Assembly: GCA_963733675.1 (NCBI GenBank)
Contig: CAVTET010000004.1
Coordinates: 640,001 to 704,000, forward strand
DNA length: 64,000 bases
Direction: 5' to 3'
From: an uncultured Methanosarcinaceae archaeon
Lineage (GTDB): Archaea; Halobacteriota; Methanosarcinia; Methanosarcinales; Methanosarcinaceae
Each line of letters starts with the position of its first letter. Positions within the stretch are counted from its first letter, which is position 1. The position numbers and the translations under genes were made by a program. Shown here piece after piece: positions 57,576-64,000 of this stretch. The notes under the pieces are model-generated. The model made no database searches. It was not told the origin of the DNA and saw nothing but the letters and a program-made list of their open reading frames with translations.

Positions 57576-57708
57576 ATTTTACGATTTCTATTTAGATCGT
57601 CTCTGAGAGTTACTGAAAAATGGACTTAAGAATCTCTCTATATTTTCTTTAAATTTTTAGCTAGTACTCTTTTTTCATTCTTTATCAATAGCTAACAGAC
57701 AAGATCAT

Positions 57709-58713
57709 CTATTGGTTCTTGTCCAATTGAATATCATTTTTAATTTTTTGCATTGTCATAGGTTTGATTTCAGTACCTGGAATTATAGATTCTTCAGGCT
57801 TTCCGAACCAGGGCAAAGAGGCAAGTGCACCTATTATCCCATTGCCTTCAAGCAGGATTTCCACGCCGTTTTCTTCGATACAGTGCAAAGCATCAGCTTT
57901 CGAGACTCGTTCAATACGACAGAGATTGCTGAATTCATATAATTCTCTGGCATAGAAATCAGAAAGAACAACCATTCCAGTCTGACTAGAAGCACTATAT
58001 TTCTGAAGGGCTTTTTTGAAGGATTCTATTAGCACTAATTTTGTTTTCTGGTCCACACAACCAAATTCAAGCACTGTAGACATACAGTTCTGAGTTCTTT
58101 CCGGGACAGGGAAGAGCTGCACAAGAGAATGGGAGAGATAAACGGCTTCTTGGCAATCCAGTTCTTTTGCTATGTTATGAGTTAGGGTCCAGGTAGCACC
58201 TATATCCTTGGAGTCTGTGTCATCTACACCTATGAGGATACGGTCTCTGCGAGGTACGACAATAGTCCCTCGGGCACATTTCTCTCCCCCGGATTCTGAA
58301 ATCTTGTAACTGAGAACTCCATCCGCAAATGCTCTGCAACGGGTTGCACCCACACCTCCTCCTCCCAATCCGGTATAGGTGATCTCTACTTCATTTCCCC
58401 GTACAACAACTGATTCTATGCCTGCGGCTCCGACTGATGATTTGAGTTCAAGTTTTGAGGTTCCAATTTTTATGAAATAGCGGATCATATTCCCGGTCGA
58501 ACGGGCTTTCAGGACAAGAGGAGCTTTTGAGTAATGGTAGAGAGACCAAGCTGCACCGCTGAAGCAGTTGGTGTGCTCAATTATTTCAGCACATTCATTT
58601 TTTGCATCACAGACTGCATAAATGCCCTTGTAAGATACAGTATAAGGGTCATTAAGGATTATTTCTTGAATATGTCGATCTTCAAGTGAACAGGCTTTTA
58701 CATGTTTTGTAAT
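57709..58713 (-). CDS. Methanogenesis marker protein 11 (DUF1743-like); frame open to an ATT at 58713
   Basis: DPY..SY.GIYA, EH..C.SGAAW, GAAGI, GLGGGGVGA..CR, GVDDTD, QLFP...TQNC. Confidence 0.8.
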   Translation of the reverse strand: MTKHVKACSLEDRHIQEIILNDPYTVSYKGIYAVCDAKNECAEIIEHTNCFSGAAWSLYHYSKAPLVLKARSTGNMIRYFIKIGTSKLELKSSVGAAGIESVVVRGNEVEITYTGLGGGGVGATRCRAFADGVLSYKISESGGEKCARGTIVVPRRDRILIGVDDTDSKDIGATWTLTHNIAKELDCQEAVYLSHSLVQLFPVPERTQNCMSTVLEFGCVDQKTKLVLIESFKKALQKYSASSQTGMVVLSDFYARELYEFSNLCRIERVSKADALHCIEENGVEILLEGNGIIGALASLPWFGKPEESIIPGTEIKPMTMQKIKNDIQLDKNQ

Positions 58714-58794
58714 TCAGAAAACCTCCTTTTTAAGAGGAATAGAAAGTGAGAGGAAAATTCGTTTGATCGAGAAGCTATTTGTGGTAGATATATA

Positions 58795-59578
58795 CCACTT
58801 TCTGCGGATGTGAACAAGAATGCCGTCTATTTTCTCAATATTTTTCTCAATATGACAGTAGCTTAAAAATTAATCTAACTTTTAATGAATTAATAGTGGC
58901 CAAATAGGCAAACAAATTATGTACCTTGTACGTCTGTAGAATGTCGAATATATAACTATTGTATAGAGGATTTCGATAAACTCCTAAATTTTATCATATG
59001 CTTATAGATGGTATATAAATGACTCGTGAAAATAAGAGGTTCATCGTAGTGCTCTATGTTTATGGATATTATAAATTAAATGAATATCATAAATTTAATA
59101 AGTTAGATAAGGTCAATTTTATAGGCCAAATGAATTTATACAAAATATCTAATTATGATATTTGACCATATATCTGAAGTAAATGTCCAGCTCAAATTTT
59201 AATGAAATAGCGCTTTAGATTAATGAATTGGTATATATTATGGGGTACTATTAATAAATTTACTAATAAATTTTTCAACTCATTAACTGGAGAATTCCGA
59301 ATAACCTTTATGTAAATCTTCAACCATATCAATTCAAAGGAAATAACATATTTCTACCAATTTTTTGGTAATCATCCCATCCTCTTTGCTCTGATTTGGA
59401 TCTCTATAAGGTAAAAACGAGATATGCAGAGCAACGAATTTTTTTGGTTGTTTTAATCCTTATCTGAGTTTATAGAATTTTGTATCCCACTTTCTACAGA
59501 TGCACACAAGAATGTCATCTATTTTCTCAATATGACAGTAATTTAAAAATTAATCCAACTTTTAATGAATAATAGTGG
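58795..59578. repeat. Pair of ~95-105-bp direct repeats (58795-58899, 59487-59578)
   Basis: CCACTTTCT..GATG..CAAGAATG..TCTATTTTCTCAATATGACAGTA..TTAAAAATTAATC.AACTTTTAATGAAT.AATAGTGG twice; copy 1 has an extra TTTTCTCAATAT. Confidence 0.85.
58964..59056. mobile_element. ~90-bp MITE, family B
   Basis: TAGAGGATTTCGATAAAC ... GTTCATCGTAGTGCTCTA. Confidence 0.75.
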
Positions 59579-59651
59579 GTAAATAATTATAAATTGTATT
59601 TCTGTATATGTCTTAGAAAGTAGAAAGTCTGTTTTTTATGGAGGGTGTTAA

Positions 59652-60070
59652 ATGAGAGCCTAGTATATTGATGGAAACTATCTGTAAAATTTTTGAAATA
59701 ATAATCGATTTAGTTACTCCTATAATCTTTTATGTACTACTATTGGAGCTACTCGTGAAAGTAATAAATATCCTCCTGAGTATCAAATCAGTTCTATTCA
59801 GGACTTATGGGGTTTTTTTAGTCAAATATTGTCCGGTGTTCTCACAGTTTTTGTTCTTATCGACCTTTTCAAGACTTTTGTTGATTTTCGTGAAAATGAA
59901 AAAAATCAGAATTACACACTTAACCGATGCTAAAATTTTAATAGTCATGCGTTAAATTGCAGTAGGTGTATATTCCCAAAGATGTGATTATTAATTTGTT
60001 TTAGGCCTATCGACCTCGCTCTTGATATAAAGTGTAATTAAGGCTCTGCAATCTAATATATGCCTAGGTG
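59652..60070 (+). pseudogene. PsiE-like (phosphate-starvation-inducible) membrane protein remnant
   Basis: VLTVFVLIDLFKTFVDF.E..KIRIT.LTDA.ILIVMR* across frames. Confidence 0.65.
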
Positions 60071-60297
60071 ATGATTTATAACTTATTATTTTAGTGTGAA
60101 ATGATGTATCTGCTCTTGTAGAAATTCTATTAACAATTTACTTTTTAATAATTTCCGTTATAATGAGAATTATTACTCGAAAATATCCCTTTGATTGCAT
60201 CTTTGTAAGCAACTACAAATTTAATTTTTATTGTAATTAGTGGATACTACCAAACTTAAATAATAATTTTGATGGAAAAAGATTGTAGAAAACAATG

Positions 60298-60600
60298 TTA
60301 TTTGAAAGAAGATCTGTGGAAAGTCTGGTTAAATATGATCCATTTTTTAGGGACATGCTTTACCCAAATTTCTTTGACAGTTGTTACTTTTACCATATTT
60401 TTCTCTTCATCAAGTTCACCAGTAATTTCAACAAATTTGCGGCAGAAAAATTCAAGGTAATAGTCTAGTTCCCATGTACCTCTGTCCCCATACTTTAGAG
60501 ATATTCTCTGTCCCACGTCTGAAGATAATAATCTGGCCCTTCACTTTTGCTTCCGATTCGCCCATTTTTTTATATAAACAAGTCCGTCAAAAGTCTCCAT
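60298..60600 (-). pseudogene. Hypothetical ~100-aa protein, two frameshifts
   Basis: AGGAGG then METFDGLVYIK/GRIGSKSEGPDYYLQTWDREYL/KYGDRGTWELDYYLEFF. Confidence 0.55.
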
Positions 60601-61133
60601 AAAGTGTTCCTCCTTTTGATATGCAGTTTCAGCTTAAAAAATATCAAAGTTGTGGTGGCTCGAACATGACTTGCTTGCGGCGGGATGAGGCACTTATCTG
60701 GCTATGAAGGAATTTGCAGAAATACTTTGGGGTGTGATGACATTCAAAATTACTGTAGGTTTTATGTTAAAAATATTCACTAGGAAGATCCATTAAAAGA
60801 AGGATTTAACCAGCCAATAGATTTATAATGGTATTGCACATTATTCTATTGACCAGTAAGATCCAACAAAAATGAGAATAAAATTTTGGAAGGATCTACT
60901 ACTTTTGTTTTATAATAATTCGCAAGCAAGATCCTTAAATTAAGGGTTAGGATATTAAATGCAAGCACTGCGGGCATGAATTGTATGTTGATACTTATAC
61001 CGCAGAGAATTCAGCATTTGAGCCAGTAAAATAAAGCCAACTGTGTTTATGCATCTAATTTTTTGTTTGGTGGCATGGAAACGATGCTTTATATAGGGAT
61101 ATCTTTTATCATGGAATTGTATAGGTGATGGAC

Positions 61134-61337
61134 ATGAATATCGAAAAAAGAAGCTTTCTAAGAGAATTAGGATTTTGGCAAGAAGTTGCGATTGTTGAAG
61201 ACTGTAGGTGCCCATCTTGTGCGGAGAGAGTAGACGAAGATGAATTCAGAAACGAAGTGTTCATGAGGGAATTTGAGAGTTCTGGGCTGTGTCAAGAATG
61301 TCAGGACACGGTTTTCGGATATAAGGTAGCATGGTGA
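61134..61337 (+). CDS. Small Cys-rich (Zn-finger-like) protein
   Basis: CPSC...SGLCQECQD; AGGTGA upstream. Confidence 0.7.
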   Translation: MNIEKRSFLRELGFWQEVAIVEDCRCPSCAERVDEDEFRNEVFMREFESSGLCQECQDTVFGYKVAW

Positions 61338-62026
61338 TATGTTATTTTTGCGACTAAAGCATTGGAAATCCCTGCTTTTAATACGCCTCAAGCATGAAAG
61401 ATTTCGATTTACTCTGATTTTTTTAAATCTTTTCCGGCAAATCTGTTCATTATTTTATTAATATTAAATCCCCTAAATATGGAATCTCGATTTACATTAT
61501 CTTATGTTTGTTGCAGTACATTCTCTTGGTCCTCATTCAAGTCGGAAAAATCAATATAGATGGTATCCAAAGTTGTGTATTTAATTCGTAAACCGATGAC
61601 AAACAAAGCGGATTAAGTATTAAGCATGAAAGTTAGAGATAGCCGTATGCCAATGAAGCTAAACGAATACTACTAACAAAATCGTCATTGTCTTTTTAAA
61701 CTTCATTTATTTTTACCTCATTTTATTTCTCACCTCATTAAGCTATACAGCCAAAGCTATGTTTTATGCCGTTAAAAAAGCTTTAAAAAGAAGGATCTAT
61801 AATTATTGATCATAGGATTATTTTAGCCAACAGAGGAGAACGTGTATTCAATGAGCAAAGTGAAGTTATTTTTGATGAAAAAATCCCTATTGAATGGCAG
61901 CAACAGTTTTAGGATATTATGAAGAGTAAAAAGGTGGGTGAAAAGTTTTTTTATTTGTTTGTGTCTATCATTTGAAAAATATAATATTCTTTTTGTAACT
62001 GAGTTATGAAAGGTGGTTAATTTTTT

Positions 62027-62986
62027 GTGATACAAAATATAAAAAATAAAATATTAAATGGATTTCAAATTCAAAAAGAAGACGCTATGCGATTGATTAA
62101 TACTGATTTAGAGAAACTGAGCACTGCTTCCAATGAGTTGCGTCAGCATTTCTGTGGCAATGCCTTTGACATTTGTGCAATTATCAACTGAAAAAACGGA
62201 AGGTGTTCATAAAATTGCAAATTTTGTGCACAGTCAGTTCATTATAAGGTTTCCATAGAGGAAGATTCTCTTTTGGATTGTAAAAGCTTATTGAAAGATT
62301 CAATTTACAATTTTTACAAAGGTATATTGAGATATTCTGTGGTAACATCTGGGAAGAAACTAGTTGAGGATGAACTGGAAAGCGTTTGTAACAGTTACAG
62401 TGAAATCAGAAAAAATTCGGATATTTTTTTATGCGCATCCCATAGCTTATTATCTCTAGAATAGTTTATAAAATTAAAAAATGTAGGAGTGCAAAGATAT
62501 CATAACAATTTAGAAACTTCACGCAGAAATTTTCCTAACATCTGCACCACTCATACCTATGAAGATACAATAATCACTATAAAAGCAGCACAAAAAGCAG
62601 GACTTGAAGTATGCAGCGGTGGCATTATAGGACTTGGTGAAACAATGGGAGATCGCATTGATATGGCTTCGGATATTCAGGAGTTGGGTGTCAAATCGGT
62701 TCCTGTAAATATTTTGAGTCCAATCTCTGAAACATCCTCTGGTAAGCTTACTGTGCTGACAGCTAATGAAGTACGCAAAACAGTGGCAATCTTTCGCTTT
62801 ATTTTCCCCGAGGCTGCTATTCGATTAACAGGAGGTATAAACCTTATGGTAGATAAAGGCAGGTCCCTATTTCTTTCAGGTGCTAACGCTGCCATATCTG
62901 GAGATATGCTGACAACTTCAGGAATCACCATTGACGATGATATGAAAATGATTAAAGAACTTAAATTTGATGTGAAGATGCTGTGA
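62027..62986 (+). pseudogene. bioB: Biotin synthase, three in-frame stops
   Basis: [45 protein letters not shown]; stops near 62189, 62210 and 62463. Confidence 0.93.
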
Positions 62987-63536
62987 GTAAAGAGTTTGTC
63001 TGAAAATTAGATCAGTATTGGTAAACTGGTTGTTCGTAAATGTTTCAACAGGGACGAATTTTGTTTTTTTAGAATAGACCTGATGCTCACCTTATTTTCC
63101 CGTTTTTTTTCAATATCAGGGTGGAGCCTAATCCAATCTAATAGCAAATTTTTTGACTTCGTGTGATATAATTATTATAATAAAGTATATGCATTTTTTC
63201 AAATTCAAATAAAAAATATCCTATAATTGCCCTATAATTCCAGATAAAAATGAAACATGCAGAGGTTTCCCCACAAAATCATTCTTCAGCGATGACAAAA
63301 AACAGAAACTTTGTCAGCATAACCATTGACTTTTCATTCTGTTATATTTCACATAATTTTTGACACAATGCTCTTACTGATTGATAACAACTAAACTCAT
63401 AGTGAAATTAATGCTAAATTAGGATTATATTTTGGATATTATAAAACTTATCTAAAATTATTAAATATCATGAAGCTTTTAATTATTGTGGATTAATTTA
63501 ATCAACGTGGATGAATAGTTTTGGAAGGCGAAAAAA

Positions 63537-63905
63537 ATGAGTGACAATAGCGAAGATAAGTTTAAGTATAAACTTGGTAAGTGGGTTCTACTCAGAGATG
63601 AATGTGTTTTTACGAGTTTAGAAGGTCGTGGAAAGAGTACATCTATGCGCCAATATTTACTTGAATCAACTGATAAGTGGGTAAATAAAAAGGAAGACTT
63701 TCCAATACAAGAATTTGTTGCCGAAATGTGTGAGTTTATTAAGAGCAAGAATGAATCTATTTACTTCCGTTTGATGGAGAAATGTGCTTTAAAAGGAATG
63801 AGTGTGGGAGATGGCATATTTGAAGCATTAAGCATGTGTCAGTGTGAGGAAGCAATAAGTAATTTGCAGTGTGGAACGGAAAAAGACGAATCTTCTGATT
63901 TATGA
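63537..63905 (+). CDS. Hypothetical protein, 122 aa
   Basis: Open frame with normal composition; no family recognised. Confidence 0.55.
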   Translation: MSDNSEDKFKYKLGKWVLLRDECVFTSLEGRGKSTSMRQYLLESTDKWVNKKEDFPIQEFVAEMCEFIKSKNESIYFRLMEKCALKGMSVGDGIFEALSMCQCEEAISNLQCGTEKDESSDL

Positions 63906-64000
63906 TGTCTTAAGATCCAGTTTTCTCCTTTTCATGATTTTTGTTTAGTAAATTTTTCTTTTTCAATAAACTGTTTCCTGTTTTGTTTTCATATTATATG

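Overview
AT-rich chromosomal segment of a Methanosarcina-type methanogenic archaeon (inferred from mfnA, methanogenesis marker 11, His-type Thi4, Sec61-beta, archaeal tRNAs and ORB boxes). Intact genes include lon, a gpmA-like mutase, pstS, an FAD oxidoreductase, an ankyrin protein, nrdH-nrdD-nrdG, mfnA, two tandem short methionine synthases, thi4, an IorA-like protein and three tRNAs. They sit among about 17 decayed non-IS genes, several IS6/IS5/IS66/IS200 copies or remnants and at least five families of miniature inverted-repeat elements. The strongest non-coding signals are (i) a cluster of inverted archaeal origin-recognition boxes around an AT-rich spacer at 41.9-42.3 kb with no cdc6/orc1 in the window, and (ii) a roughly 10-bp-phased ATCTGTAT array running up to an intact gene for a putative ribbon-helix-helix/coiled-coil/WWRFW-tail protein, beside a decayed terminase-small-like gene (16.3-17.5 kb). 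The second is a candidate one-protein segregation or autoregulatory module of an integrated element. Two intact proteins appear to have C-terminal tails recruited from junk DNA (antisense sod, IS6 end). All family assignments come from motif recognition by eye, with no database search, and coordinates of degenerate features are approximate.
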